Made by a program: the position numbers and the translations under genes. From assembly GCA_027452005.1 (NCBI GenBank), contig DAIDHF010000011.1, forward strand, positions 443-64,442: a stretch of 64,000 bases of DNA, given 5' to 3'. Shown one piece after another: positions 15,062-24,622 of the stretch (positions are counted from its first letter, which is position 1; each line of letters starts with the position of its first letter). Below the pieces are notes generated by a model that was given only the letters and a program-made list of their open reading frames with translations, was not told the origin of the DNA and did not search any database. Source of the DNA: Acidimicrobiales bacterium (lineage in GTDB: Bacteria > Actinomycetota > Acidimicrobiia > Acidimicrobiales > JAKAVM01).

Positions 15062-16815
15062 CCGGGGCAAGATCGTGGAAATCTCAAACACATAAGATGG
15101 TGGCAGCCGTATTGGCTGTCGTGGCCTTGATCGCGATAGGTTGTGCCAAGACCTCCGCCAGCCAGTCACGTTCGGGAACGACCCAAGTCGAAGACCCGGT
15201 CGCCTATGAACTGGGTGGCAACCCACTCACAATTCAAACCGCCAACGGGCCGGTGTTTGGGAAGTTAGCTAACAATACCCGGCAGTTTCTTGGGATTCCT
15301 TTTGCCAAGGCTCCTGTGGGGGCTCTGCGCTTTAGGGCTCCCCAGCCGGTGGAAGACTGGACGACGACCTTGAATGCCACCCAGCCTCCAAGCCCCTGTC
15401 CTCAAAAACTTCCGATTGTCAACCTGGTGGTCGGCTCCGAAGACTGTCTGAAGATCAACGTATTCACTCCCAACCCGGCTCCGGTTCACCCAAGAGCAGT
15501 GATGGTCTGGATATACGGAGGAGGTTTCTCGGTCGGAGGGTCCATGGATGACAACCCAGCCACGATGGTAGCTAAGACCGGGATCGTGGCGGTCACGTTC
15601 AACTACCGACTTGGGCCATTTGGTTTTCTGGCCCTGCCTGAGTTGGCCAGGGAGGATCCCTATGGTTCCACCGGGGACCAGGGACTTGAAGACCAGCTGG
15701 CCGCCCTCAAGTGGGTCCACAACAACATTGTCCGATTTGGTGGAAACCCAAATAATGTGACCATCTTTGGAGAATCTGCCGGTGGAATTAGTGTGTGCGC
15801 TCAGATGGCCTCACCGCTATCTAGTGGCCTCTTTGAGAAGGCCATAACCGAGAGTGGGCCTTGCAATCTTGCGGCCCCCAGCCTCAGCCAGGCCGAGGCT
15901 CAGGGGGAGCAGTATCTCAAGGCCCTCGGATGTAATGTTGCCTCTCAGTACCTGACCTGTCTGGATTCCAAACCGGTAGATCAACTACTCAACACCATGC
16001 CCCCTGACCCGACCTTTATATTCAACAGGTCGGTAAATTGGTTCCCGACCCAAGATGGGCACTTTTTACCATCCAACACCCTGGCGGCATTTAGGGAGGG
16101 CCACTACAAGCACATTCCCACAATTGTCGGGGCAAACAAGGATGAGGGCACCCTGTTTGTGTATCTCGCCTACGACGCTCAGGGACGTGCCCTGGCATCC
16201 TCCCAGTGGGCTGGAGAGCTCAACGACTACTTCGGGCCAACCCTTGGGCCTAAAGTGGCCCGGGAGTATCCGATGTCTTCTTATCCTAGTCCCGAGTTTG
16301 CTTTTGGACAGGCGATAGGTGATGCTGTCTTGGCATGTCCGGCTGTAGAAAGCGCCGCCGGTGCATCTAAGTATCAACCGGTGTATGAGTACGAGTACTC
16401 CAACCCTGACAACACCTTTATCCTGGCCAAACCGGGTGACGTGTTGGGTGCGTTCCACTCCTCGGAACTCCCATACGTGTTTGGTACCTCAGTTGAGTCA
16501 ACCGGGACAACTAACTTCTCGCCCCAGGAGGCTCAACTGTCAATGGACATGATGGATGCTTGGGTTCAATTCGCAAAGACTGGCAATCCGTCTACTCCGG
16601 CCCTTGCCTGGCCGCGCCTGAAGGAGCTGGGCGGGAGTTACATGGATTTCAACACCCCGGCACCTAAGGTCAAGACGGACATGATGTCTAATACCTGTTC
16701 GTTTTGGAAATCTTCCAAGTGGTCCGCAAACGATATCGGCAAATACGGGGTTGCGTCTCCTAACTCCCAAAACTCTGTCCCGCTTGGCTTTTTGGGAGCC
16801 AACGGGCTGGGATGA
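15058..16815 (+). CDS. Secreted/lipoprotein type-B carboxylesterase (para-nitrobenzyl-esterase-like)
   Basis: 'FGGNPNNVTIFGESAGGISV' is the G-E-S-A-G nucleophile elbow, and 'VMVWIYGGGFSVGG' is the oxyanion region. N-terminal signal with 'LIAIGCAK' lipobox. Its ATG overlaps the PCD stop (ATGA). Confidence 0.85.
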   Translation: MTGARSWKSQTHKMVAAVLAVVALIAIGCAKTSASQSRSGTTQVEDPVAYELGGNPLTIQTANGPVFGKLANNTRQFLGIPFAKAPVGALRFRAPQPVEDWTTTLNATQPPSPCPQKLPIVNLVVGSEDCLKINVFTPNPAPVHPRAVMVWIYGGGFSVGGSMDDNPATMVAKTGIVAVTFNYRLGPFGFLALPELAREDPYGSTGDQGLEDQLAALKWVHNNIVRFGGNPNNVTIFGESAGGISVCAQMASPLSSGLFEKAITESGPCNLAAPSLSQAEAQGEQYLKALGCNVASQYLTCLDSKPVDQLLNTMPPDPTFIFNRSVNWFPTQDGHFLPSNTLAAFREGHYKHIPTIVGANKDEGTLFVYLAYDAQGRALASSQWAGELNDYFGPTLGPKVAREYPMSSYPSPEFAFGQAIGDAVLACPAVESAAGASKYQPVYEYEYSNPDNTFILAKPGDVLGAFHSSELPYVFGTSVESTGTTNFSPQEAQLSMDMMDAWVQFAKTGNPSTPALAWPRLKELGGSYMDFNTPAPKVKTDMMSNTCSFWKSSKWSANDIGKYGVASPNSQNSVPLGFLGANGLG

Positions 16816-17310
16816 CCAGACCAACCCTGCCCTAGCAGTGGCTAAACGGAGACCAAGGCGGAACAGCCATGGCAGGAACCTAAGGGGGTGGCACGGCTAA
16901 GTTTTCTTGGGTCAGCCAACGAGCCCTTACACGGAGCAATTTATGAAGCCAAGTTCCATCGAGGAATCTATTTGAGATGAGGGGATGGTTTATATGAAAC
17001 CTCTACCCAAGAGCAGTTCCTTTCCATCTGGTCGCTACCGCGGCTTGAAAACAAGCCAGCGGCTTCAGCCGTCGAGGTCGCACTAGTCCCAAGACAAGGT
17101 AGTTACACTTACGTCCCCAATAGCAAAATTGCCTGTATATCCAGCGATTGGGCCGAGCTGACTTTTACACATTGAAACTCGCGCATATCTCCAACAGCTT
17201 GAAATGTCTCAAGACTTCTTGTGACCGAGTCATTAGCCAAATGTGGATCTTTGTTCAAGAGCTAAATAGTGATCGGGCGAGAATGGATCTGGCGGAGCTA
17301 AGCTTTAGCA

Positions 17311-17811
17311 TTACCGTGTTTGCGGGATGCGGGGCGGGCTGTTCACTTGTGTATTGAACAATAGAGAATGGGCCGATAGGACTAAGTCTCGATCTACCAA
17401 AATAAAGGGTCCAAGTAACCTCTTGAGCTCTGAAAGAACTACTCTCAAGTTAGCTAGTCCCGCCCTCTCCTTGCGTCCAACCCACAGAAGGTCCACAAGC
17501 TTGACTCGGGAATCGGAGACTGGGTCACTGCGAAGTAAGATAAGACGCCTTTGGCTTTTATGAACCTGAGCCGAACCTCATGGTCGCCTAAGACCGCCTC
17601 AAACCCATCTTACATACGAATGTTTAACCTGGAAGTTGGCAAGCCTCCCGGAATTTGTCTCCAACAACAGTAATACCGATTTACTGGACAAAGATATGTC
17701 GCTCCGTGGCTCAAATTGTGAGCCACCTTCAAGAGGGTCGGTAGGAGTCTCTTGGGTGCCGAATACTTTTGAGATCCAACACCGAAGCAATAGGACGTGT
17801 TGAATCTTCAA
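17311..17811 (-). pseudogene. Relic of a SARP/BTAD-type winged-helix regulator N-terminus, split over two frames
   Basis: ORF 17599-17811 gives '..SLSSKSVLLLLETNSGRLANFQV' and ORF 17311-17496 gives 'DLLWVGRKERAGLANLRVVLSELKRLLGPFILVD'. Together these resemble the 'K.R.LLA.L....G..V....L...LW.....A...LR..LS.LR..LG' wHTH pattern. The frames are interrupted by stops and no intact downstream domain was found. Confidence 0.35.
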
Positions 17812-17882
17812 CAGGAAAGTTGATGGCCCTTTTTCGGATTGCCAGTAAGTTCGAGTGCTACTATCTAAAGTTGTGAGGGAAC

Positions 17883-18926
17883 GTGGAAGAGACGAATTAT
17901 TTGGATGATCGAGCGGGAGAATTCCTGGACTTTCCGTTTGCCAGAATTGTATCTACTATCTCCGGATTTCTGGACCTCGGGGAAGGAATCCTCCGGATAG
18001 GGACTGATGAGATTCGGTTCTATGATGCCAATCGCCAGGCTTCTGAGGCCATACCCTGGCAGGCCGTTACTGAAATCAACGTCTATGACGTACTAGACCG
18101 AAATCGACTAATGACTCATCTGTCTGCCCTAATTGGCGGGGAGGCACTGATTGGAACGGGGGCTGGGATACCAATGATCGGCCCGAGCGCGATGCCAACT
18201 GTTCACACCTACCCAGAAAAGAGAGTCGATCTTAGCTCCACGAGACTTTTTCACAACCCGGCCAAGCACTCTACAGTTATCAGGGTTACAACATTTCGCG
18301 GATCGGTCGATTTTTTGGTTAGGTACCAGTCGCCAACTGTTGTCCTTCAAAGGGTAAAGGGATTCGTGAATCAAAACTTGACCCATATTGAAATCCGAGC
18401 CATCTTGCCGATGAGCTACGAGGCAGCCACGCTACCCTCAGAAGCTAAAGATTCATGGGTGAATCACGAGGAAGCTCAAGCAGGAGAAGAGTCGAGTCCC
18501 GGACACGTAAGACTAGAGTACACGCGAGTTACTTATAAGGGGACCTTCAAACAGTTTCCTAAGCCATCTAAGGGCACATTATTGTTTACTAGTTCAGGGG
18601 TGCGGTTTTGCGACTCCCACGCAAAGACCCTTTTCAACATACCCTGGGAAGTTGTGTGGGGATGTGGGGTAAACGATGCCTCGATAAGCTATAGGTCGAT
18701 ACATTCAACCCTGATAGAGTTTTTTTTCGGTGCGAACTGGTTGGCTTGGTTCATCCCCAGTCTAAAAGAGTCACCCATAAATGACGTAGCTCAGAATAAC
18801 TGTCTGGTTTCAATACAGCTTCGAAACGGGAAAGTCGACTTTCTTCTCGAAAAGGTCTGGTTGGGAAAGGTAGAGGCTGAAATCCGACAGGTCGTCGAGG
18901 AGCATAATATCCATATGTTCAGGTAA
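17883..18926 (+). CDS. Hypothetical protein with internal duplication (two PH/GRAM-like halves, tentative)
   Basis: GTG start, 347 aa. The halves align: 'GEGILRIGTDEIRFYDANRQASEAIPWQAVTEINVYD' with 'SKGTLLFTSSGVRFCDSHAKTLFNIPWEVVWGCGVND', and 'VIRVTTFRGSVDFLV' with 'LVSIQLRNGKVDFLL'. Visibly more AT-rich than its neighbours. Confidence 0.5.
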   Translation: MEETNYLDDRAGEFLDFPFARIVSTISGFLDLGEGILRIGTDEIRFYDANRQASEAIPWQAVTEINVYDVLDRNRLMTHLSALIGGEALIGTGAGIPMIGPSAMPTVHTYPEKRVDLSSTRLFHNPAKHSTVIRVTTFRGSVDFLVRYQSPTVVLQRVKGFVNQNLTHIEIRAILPMSYEAATLPSEAKDSWVNHEEAQAGEESSPGHVRLEYTRVTYKGTFKQFPKPSKGTLLFTSSGVRFCDSHAKTLFNIPWEVVWGCGVNDASISYRSIHSTLIEFFFGANWLAWFIPSLKESPINDVAQNNCLVSIQLRNGKVDFLLEKVWLGKVEAEIRQVVEEHNIHMFR

Positions 18927-18989
18927 GGAACTGCGGCCTAACTCACTGGAATTTGCGACCAATTCAAGCACCTACTTGGACGGATGGCC

Positions 18990-19580
18990 TTACTTAGGTC
19001 CAAGATCGGCCGCCGAGTTGGTAGTCTTTGGCCAAAGGCTAGACGGGCCTTGGCCGATTACATAGTGGCCAGGTAGAAGATTTTTGGACGAGGCTCTTTC
19101 GATTCGAGCTTGCATACCCGCAGACAGAGCATTCGCCTTTATCATCTCAATAAATGTATGGGTAGCATTTCCTACATCAAAGAAGTCCCGTTGCCAGGCC
19201 CAGGTAAAGTTTCCGGCGTATCCAAACCAACTCCCCCCGATACCGGCAATCTCATACCTATTTCCGAGGGCGTCAGTTGAATCTGCCAGTTGGCGCCACA
19301 GTCCAATTACCTCACCTAGTTTTTCATCGATCAGGACCCGCTCGTAAGGGTACTCCCAACCATCAAGCCCTCCCATCTCCGCCCCCAGGGCTATGTCACG
19401 AATTTCATCCCGGCCCACTGCCATGAATTCTTCCTTCGGGCCCAGGTTCCAGCCGTACGTAGCGTCTGGGGCATAGAGATCTGCTAGGGGTCTCCAGTCT
19501 CTTTCGCTCTCACAGGTTTGATTGGTTGTTATCCAACGGTCAACCATCTCCTCAAGCTCGCTCCGCAAGAACTCTGGCAC
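18990..19580 (-). CDS. NTF2/SnoaL-like fold protein, last gene of the CYP51 operon (same position as Rv0762c)
   Basis: 196 aa. The GTG start shares 1 nt with the ferredoxin stop (TAGTG). The fold call is tentative, based on pattern and position. Confidence 0.55.
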   Translation of the reverse strand: MPEFLRSELEEMVDRWITTNQTCESERDWRPLADLYAPDATYGWNLGPKEEFMAVGRDEIRDIALGAEMGGLDGWEYPYERVLIDEKLGEVIGLWRQLADSTDALGNRYEIAGIGGSWFGYAGNFTWAWQRDFFDVGNATHTFIEMIKANALSAGMQARIERASSKNLLPGHYVIGQGPSSLWPKTTNSAADLGPK

Positions 19581-19783
19581 TATAGATCTCCTTCAAAAAT
19601 AATTATTGCGCTACTAGGGCAGTACTTAGCAGCCTGTCTGACCTGTTCCCACTGGTGGCTAGGAGGTGAGACGTCCAAAACAACCACCTTTGATTTTTTG
19701 GGAACCTCAAAAACTTCTGGGGCTTCATTCTCACATACTCCATGGCCTTGGCAGAGATCTAGATCTACAGATACTCTCAGCAT
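19580..19783 (-). CDS. fdx: Small 3Fe-4S-type ferredoxin
   Basis: 'MLRVSVDLDLCQGHGVCENEAPEVFEV...AAKYCPSSAI' has the C-x2-H/G-x2-C...CP cluster ligand pattern. The start is set at ATG 19783, 1 nt after the cyp51 stop. The ORF-track start 19801 would overlap cyp51. Confidence 0.85.
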   Translation of the reverse strand: MLRVSVDLDLCQGHGVCENEAPEVFEVPKKSKVVVLDVSPPSHQWEQVRQAAKYCPSSAIIIFEGDL

Positions 19784-19784
19784 T

Positions 19785-21191
19785 TTACCGTCTTCTCTCA
19801 TATGTAACCTCAGCCGGGCGGGCTAATTGGACTACCATCTTTGAGTGGTCGTTCTGATAGCTTTCCGGAGCTTGAGCCATCTCAAAGTGCCAACCTACCA
19901 GGAGCACAGAAAAGATTGCCTTGAGTTGCATCATGGCAAAGGCCGATCCCACACACCGATGTCTTCCAGCTCCAAAAGGAATCCAGTTCCACGGATTGTC
20001 TCTGTCGTCAGCTCTGGGATCAAGGTATCTCTGTGGGATAAAACATTCAGGATCTGAAAATGAAGTGGAAATACGATTAGAGATAGCCGGAGACGCCCCT
20101 ACTAGATCTCCCTTCTCAATCTTGTACCCGTTGTACTCCAAGTCGGACTTGGCCACCCTGAGGAGTAAAATAAGGGGAGGATGGAGCCTTAAGGCCTCCT
20201 TGATGGCAGCTTCTAACTTTGGAATCTCCCTGAGTGCCTGATAGGAGACCGGTGACCCACCGCCGTAGAGCTTTTCTAGTTCCTCGATCACTTCTTGAAG
20301 GAAGTCTGGCTTTCGCAGAAGTTCTATCAAGGTCCAGGCGGCCGTGCCCGAGGTTGTATGGTGACCGGCAAACATCATCGAGATAAACATCCCCGTAATC
20401 TCGTCGGCACTAAAACGCAAAGAACCATCATCGGCTTTGATCGACATTAGGACATCTAACATGTCCCGCTCTTGTGGGTCACTGAAGGATTGGTCTCGGC
20501 TCGCTTTATCTAGTGAGTCCGATCGGCCACGAGAAGGTTGGACTCGCTCGTCCATAATCTCCTGGACGAGTTTGACTAACTCAAGGCGCGCAGCGTCTCT
20601 TTTTTGGAAGCTTTCAATGGGGGCATAGGGGTCGACGTAGGCCAGGGCGTCTGTTCCTCGCTCTAAGTCGTGATAGAGCTGGGCAAACCTGCTGTCGAGG
20701 TTATCTCTAAACTTCTTGCCGATCAGGCAGGCCGAGGAAGTGTAGATGGTGAGCTCCGCAAAAAAATCTAGAAGGTCAATCTTTCCAAAGTCGCCCCATT
20801 TCGCGACCATGTTGTCGACTTCATCTGATATGGTCTGGGCGTGGCCACGCATGAACTTGTCCTTGAGTGATTGGTTGTGAAGCATCTCACGTCTGCGCTC
20901 TGGAGGCGTGTCAAAAACGACCCCGTCGCCAAAGATAGGCTTCATGAACGGATAGGCCTCGGATTGATCGAGGTCTTCTTCGGGAGACCGAAAGAAAAAC
21001 TCGTTAGCTCGCGAGTCAGTAAGCAAGATAACGTCGCGCCCGGCCAGATTGAACTTTCCGATATCTCCGCACTCGTCTCGGAGTCGTCTCATAAGACCGA
21101 TCGGATTCGTCCTAAGCTCTTGAAGGTGGCCAAAGTCCGGTTCGGCCCCCGAGACAAGCTTGGGCAAAACACTTCTTGGGGAACTAGGCAT
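19785..21191 (-). CDS. cyp51: Cytochrome P450 51 (sterol 14-alpha-demethylase family)
   Basis: 'YPFMKPIFGDGVVFD', 'ISMMFAGHHTTSGTAAWTLIELL' and the heme loop 'FGAGRHRCVGSAFAMMQLKAIFSVLL' closely follow the M. tuberculosis CYP51 signatures as I remember them. A ferredoxin lies immediately downstream. Confidence 0.9.
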   Translation of the reverse strand: MPSSPRSVLPKLVSGAEPDFGHLQELRTNPIGLMRRLRDECGDIGKFNLAGRDVILLTDSRANEFFFRSPEEDLDQSEAYPFMKPIFGDGVVFDTPPERRREMLHNQSLKDKFMRGHAQTISDEVDNMVAKWGDFGKIDLLDFFAELTIYTSSACLIGKKFRDNLDSRFAQLYHDLERGTDALAYVDPYAPIESFQKRDAARLELVKLVQEIMDERVQPSRGRSDSLDKASRDQSFSDPQERDMLDVLMSIKADDGSLRFSADEITGMFISMMFAGHHTTSGTAAWTLIELLRKPDFLQEVIEELEKLYGGGSPVSYQALREIPKLEAAIKEALRLHPPLILLLRVAKSDLEYNGYKIEKGDLVGASPAISNRISTSFSDPECFIPQRYLDPRADDRDNPWNWIPFGAGRHRCVGSAFAMMQLKAIFSVLLVGWHFEMAQAPESYQNDHSKMVVQLARPAEVTYERRR

Positions 21192-21957
21192 TGAGTTTTC
21201 TCCTCACTGGTGCCTGGGGTTGAATTTCAAGGTACGGATAGTGAGTTCCAGGGGCAAGTGAGACAACAGTCTCGACTGCCCGAGCAACCGAGTCGGGCTC
21301 AAGAAGCCCAGGATGTCTGGCCAGACCAAAGCGAATCCACTCCTCTAGAATCTGGGCAGTCTTGGCTTCTTCCCAGTCTCCGCCCATAGGAGTTCGGGTC
21401 TGACCTGGTCGGACAACTGACACTCTCACCCCTGAGCCCTCGAGTTCCATCTGAAGGGCCCGAGCAAACCCTTCGAGACCCCACTTTGAGGTCTGGTAGG
21501 CGGCAATCTGCGGTCTTGGTGAGTTGAGTATGTCTGAAGTGATAAACACGATGTCGCCACGTTGACGCGCGACCATGGGGATACCCAGTCGTGATATAAG
21601 TGACTGAGTTCCTAACAAGTTGACACCTACTTGGAATGAGAACTCCCGGGAAGACATCTCTAACCCGGTCCCGGGTATGACGACCGCGGCACAGGACACG
21701 ACAATCTCGATACCACCCACTGATTTAGCCGACTTATCAACAAAGTCCTCAATTGAGTCGTCACTTGTCAGGTCAAGGTGGAAAGCCTGGGCTTGGCCAC
21801 CTAGCTCGCGGACCTCCTCGCATATCTTCTCACATAGGTCGACCCGGCGTGCACCAAGAACAACCGGATACCCAAGGCTCCCTAGGTGCCTCGCGCAAGC
21901 TGCTCCAATACCCGATGAAGCGCCCGTTATTACACATGGTCTTGAGTTTTCAGTCAC
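21184..21957 (-). CDS. SDR-family oxidoreductase
   Basis: 'VITGASSGIGAA' (TGxxxGxG) and 'YQTSKWGLEGF' (YxxxK). It overlaps both flanking P450 genes by 8 nt. Confidence 0.85.
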   Translation of the reverse strand: MTENSRPCVITGASSGIGAACARHLGSLGYPVVLGARRVDLCEKICEEVRELGGQAQAFHLDLTSDDSIEDFVDKSAKSVGGIEIVVSCAAVVIPGTGLEMSSREFSFQVGVNLLGTQSLISRLGIPMVARQRGDIVFITSDILNSPRPQIAAYQTSKWGLEGFARALQMELEGSGVRVSVVRPGQTRTPMGGDWEEAKTAQILEEWIRFGLARHPGLLEPDSVARAVETVVSLAPGTHYPYLEIQPQAPVRRKLNA

Positions 21958-23188
21958 CTAGAGTTAACCGCGAGCCTTTGAGGGTAACCGAGGTTGGAAG
22001 CCTTGCAAATCCTCGGACGTTAATCGAGTGAACCCGTTTCATGCGCCCTTCATCGACCTCGTAGTCAACAACCCGCCCGAGAAGTTCCTCAAGTGCAATC
22101 TTGGCCTCAAGTCTGGCCAAGGAGGCTCCCATACAAAAGTGCCTCCCGTTCCCAAAGGAGAGGAGCTTGGAGTTGTCACGGGTAACCCTGTATTCGCAGG
22201 CACCCTCGAATACGTCCTCGTCTCGGTTGGCCGATCCTACAAGCAACAAAACTCGTGAGTTCCTAGGGACTAACACCCCGGCGATTGTGCAGTCGTCATT
22301 TGTTACTCTAGCTAGCGTCTGGGTAGACGTGTCGAAACGAACCGTCTCTTCCACCCAATCGGGGATCAAGTTAGGATCCTCCATGACCTTGGCACGTTCA
22401 TCAGGAAACTTCCAGGCCCAGTACCAGGCGTTGGCCAAAAGCTTTGTCGTGGTCTCATTCCCAGCTACCACCATGAGTACCAAGAACGAGATAATCTCAT
22501 CCACACTGAGCATCTTCCCGTCAAGCTCTGCTCCAAGCAGACCACTGGTCAGGTCGTCTCGAGGATTAGCCTGGTGATCGCTTATAAGTTCAGCAAAGTA
22601 TCCGGCTAAGATTAGCCCAGCTTCAATACCTTGCGGTGGAACGTCAAATACGTCCTCTTGTCTGTGCACGAGGAGGTCTGCCAGTCGTCGTACCTCATCT
22701 CGATCTTCTCCTGGCACACCAATCAGCTCAGAGATCACGTCCATTGGAAGCCGACCGGCAAAATCAACAACAAAGTCAAACTGTCCTCCATCCAGTATTC
22801 CTTCTAAGTAGTCCCTGGTTAGCTTGCGAATATGATCTTCAAGGAGGTTGATTCTCTTGGGGGTAAAAGCCCGAGACACTAGAGCCCGCATGTGGGTGTG
22901 AGCAGGGGGGTCCAAGGCGAGGAAAGACATCGACTTATGGGCATGAGGTCCATAGGCTACCGGGTCGAGTGAGACCCCGAACCTGCTCGAGAACTGCCCA
23001 GGATTTCGAAAGGCTCCAAGAACGTCCCCGTAGCGCGATAGGGCCCAAAAATCGAATTCGTCGTTTCGAAAAACCGGGCACGTCCGTCTGAGAAGCTCAT
23101 AGGTTGGATACGGATCCTCATGGACCTGGTAGTCATATGGGTTGTAAGTAACCCTTGCAGTGGTCGCGTCAGTCACCTCGGTACCCAA
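21950..23188 (-). CDS. Cytochrome P450 (CYP123-like by position)
   Basis: Heme loop 'FGNGRHFCMGASLARLE' and I-helix 'MVVAGNETTT'. 412 aa. Confidence 0.85.
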   Translation of the reverse strand: MGTEVTDATTARVTYNPYDYQVHEDPYPTYELLRRTCPVFRNDEFDFWALSRYGDVLGAFRNPGQFSSRFGVSLDPVAYGPHAHKSMSFLALDPPAHTHMRALVSRAFTPKRINLLEDHIRKLTRDYLEGILDGGQFDFVVDFAGRLPMDVISELIGVPGEDRDEVRRLADLLVHRQEDVFDVPPQGIEAGLILAGYFAELISDHQANPRDDLTSGLLGAELDGKMLSVDEIISFLVLMVVAGNETTTKLLANAWYWAWKFPDERAKVMEDPNLIPDWVEETVRFDTSTQTLARVTNDDCTIAGVLVPRNSRVLLLVGSANRDEDVFEGACEYRVTRDNSKLLSFGNGRHFCMGASLARLEAKIALEELLGRVVDYEVDEGRMKRVHSINVRGFARLPTSVTLKGSRLTLGD

Positions 23189-23834
23189 GGACTAGGATGG
23201 CAACCTCAGTTAGCTGACTCGGCAATTCGGAAAACGTAAGATGTCCCATGCCCACGTGCAACATAGCACCCGAGTATGCAAGTTCTAGAGCTCGAACAGT
23301 CTTTTGATCACCTCGGGGCCCCAAAGCACTCATCAGCCGTCTGTGAATCTCCTGTCCGATCTTAACTCTCAGGTGTCTAACATCTACACTAGAACTAAGC
23401 AGGGCAGCCGTACAGGCCGCTGAGAACTCGGGGACCTCAGCTAGAAACGTACTCAAGCGTTCCAATTCTTCAATTACTCTCCTTAGCTGACTTGCCAAGT
23501 TCGGTGTATCGTGTAGCTCGACCGTGCCATTTTCGGAAACAGATTGGTCGTGATCGGGAAGTGTCCGTATCTTCTGCCACATGGCCTCAGCAAGTAAGTG
23601 TTCTTTTGACGAGAACCACGTATAGGCCGTTGCCGGAGCAACGCCTGCCCGCTTAGCCGCACCCCTTACCGAGAACCCATCGGGACCGTTTTGCCGGAGT
23701 TCCTCAAATGTCGCCTCTATGAGTCGATCAACCGCGAGGACCTGCTTTGGGGTCAACGACCGTGGTGCGTTATGGGTCTCTGAGCCCGGCGCGTTTAGTG
23801 GAGGTGGCGCCACGAACGAACTTGCCAAGGTCAT
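23169..23834 (-). CDS. TetR-family transcriptional regulator
   Basis: N-terminal HTH 'GFSVRGAAKRAGVAPATAYTWFSSKEHLL'. 221 aa. It overlaps the P450 start by 20 nt. Confidence 0.8.
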   Translation of the reverse strand: MTLASSFVAPPPLNAPGSETHNAPRSLTPKQVLAVDRLIEATFEELRQNGPDGFSVRGAAKRAGVAPATAYTWFSSKEHLLAEAMWQKIRTLPDHDQSVSENGTVELHDTPNLASQLRRVIEELERLSTFLAEVPEFSAACTAALLSSSVDVRHLRVKIGQEIHRRLMSALGPRGDQKTVRALELAYSGAMLHVGMGHLTFSELPSQLTEVAILVLGYRGD

Positions 23835-23837
23835 TGG

Positions 23838-24593
23838 CTAGTTGCCGCCCTTAGGGCTGACGTGAGGGGTTCCGTCACGCATGGCCGGAAACTTGAAACT
23901 TGCGGCCGTAGTCATGCGGGTAACTGCAGTAATGTCGGCTTCCTCAAGAGTCTCGGTGTCTTCATCTATGACTACCTCCCATCGACAGTGAGGCACTCTG
24001 TCTTGGGGGCTGCGTGGCGGGCGATGTACGTGACGTACCCTGGCCTTAGGATTTATCGCCTGGGCTGTGACGTCAAAGGTGGCATCTTCTATGTCGTGGC
24101 ACATCATTGTGACCATCGCCTTGCCAAATGGTTCAACATCCATAAGAGCTCCGCACGATCTCAACTCAAAGAATCCGTGACAAGGGTCAACGACTTCATA
24201 GTGAACGTCCAAGTAGTGATGTGGAAAACCTGGGTCTAGCTGGAGAACCTTGAATATGGCCTCTACATCGTCGCCTTCTATTTCAAATACCTCACGAAGG
24301 CGTTCACCATAGATTGGGCTGGCTCCCCGCCACTCGTCGATTGCGCAGTCGCGTACGGCATCTTGCCCGAAGCGCATTCCAATGGCCGCACACATAGATC
24401 GGTCTAACAGGTGGACTATTAGGGCGTACTCCCTGACCAATCGGACGAGGGCCTGTCTGGAGAGATCTTCGTAGCGAAAGTCCGCTCGGAACTCACCGGA
24501 GTAGTTGTCCATGTGGGTGGCTTGTCCACCGGCCGGGGCCATTTCGGCAAGCCCTGGCGGGCCACCAATACTAAGTCCCTTGATCTCCTTCAC
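23838..24593 (-). CDS. Conserved-looking hypothetical protein (Cys/His-rich), first gene of the P450 operon
   Basis: 251-aa ORF with a GTG start, 3 nt upstream of the TetR gene. I recognise no family. The alternative start is Met-28 (MDNYSGEF). Confidence 0.5.
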   Translation of the reverse strand: MKEIKGLSIGGPPGLAEMAPAGGQATHMDNYSGEFRADFRYEDLSRQALVRLVREYALIVHLLDRSMCAAIGMRFGQDAVRDCAIDEWRGASPIYGERLREVFEIEGDDVEAIFKVLQLDPGFPHHYLDVHYEVVDPCHGFFELRSCGALMDVEPFGKAMVTMMCHDIEDATFDVTAQAINPKARVRHVHRPPRSPQDRVPHCRWEVVIDEDTETLEEADITAVTRMTTAASFKFPAMRDGTPHVSPKGGN

Positions 24594-24610
24594 GTTCTGG
24601 ACTATAGTAC

Positions 24611-24622
24611 AGACACTTGTCT
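24611..24622. promoter_or_regulatory. Small palindrome AGACA-CT-TGTCT in the 52-bp divergent promoter region (candidate TetR operator)
   Basis: It is the only dyad in the 24594-24645 spacer, which separates the minus-strand P450 operon (encoding a TetR) from the plus-strand dehydrogenase operon. Confidence 0.3.
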
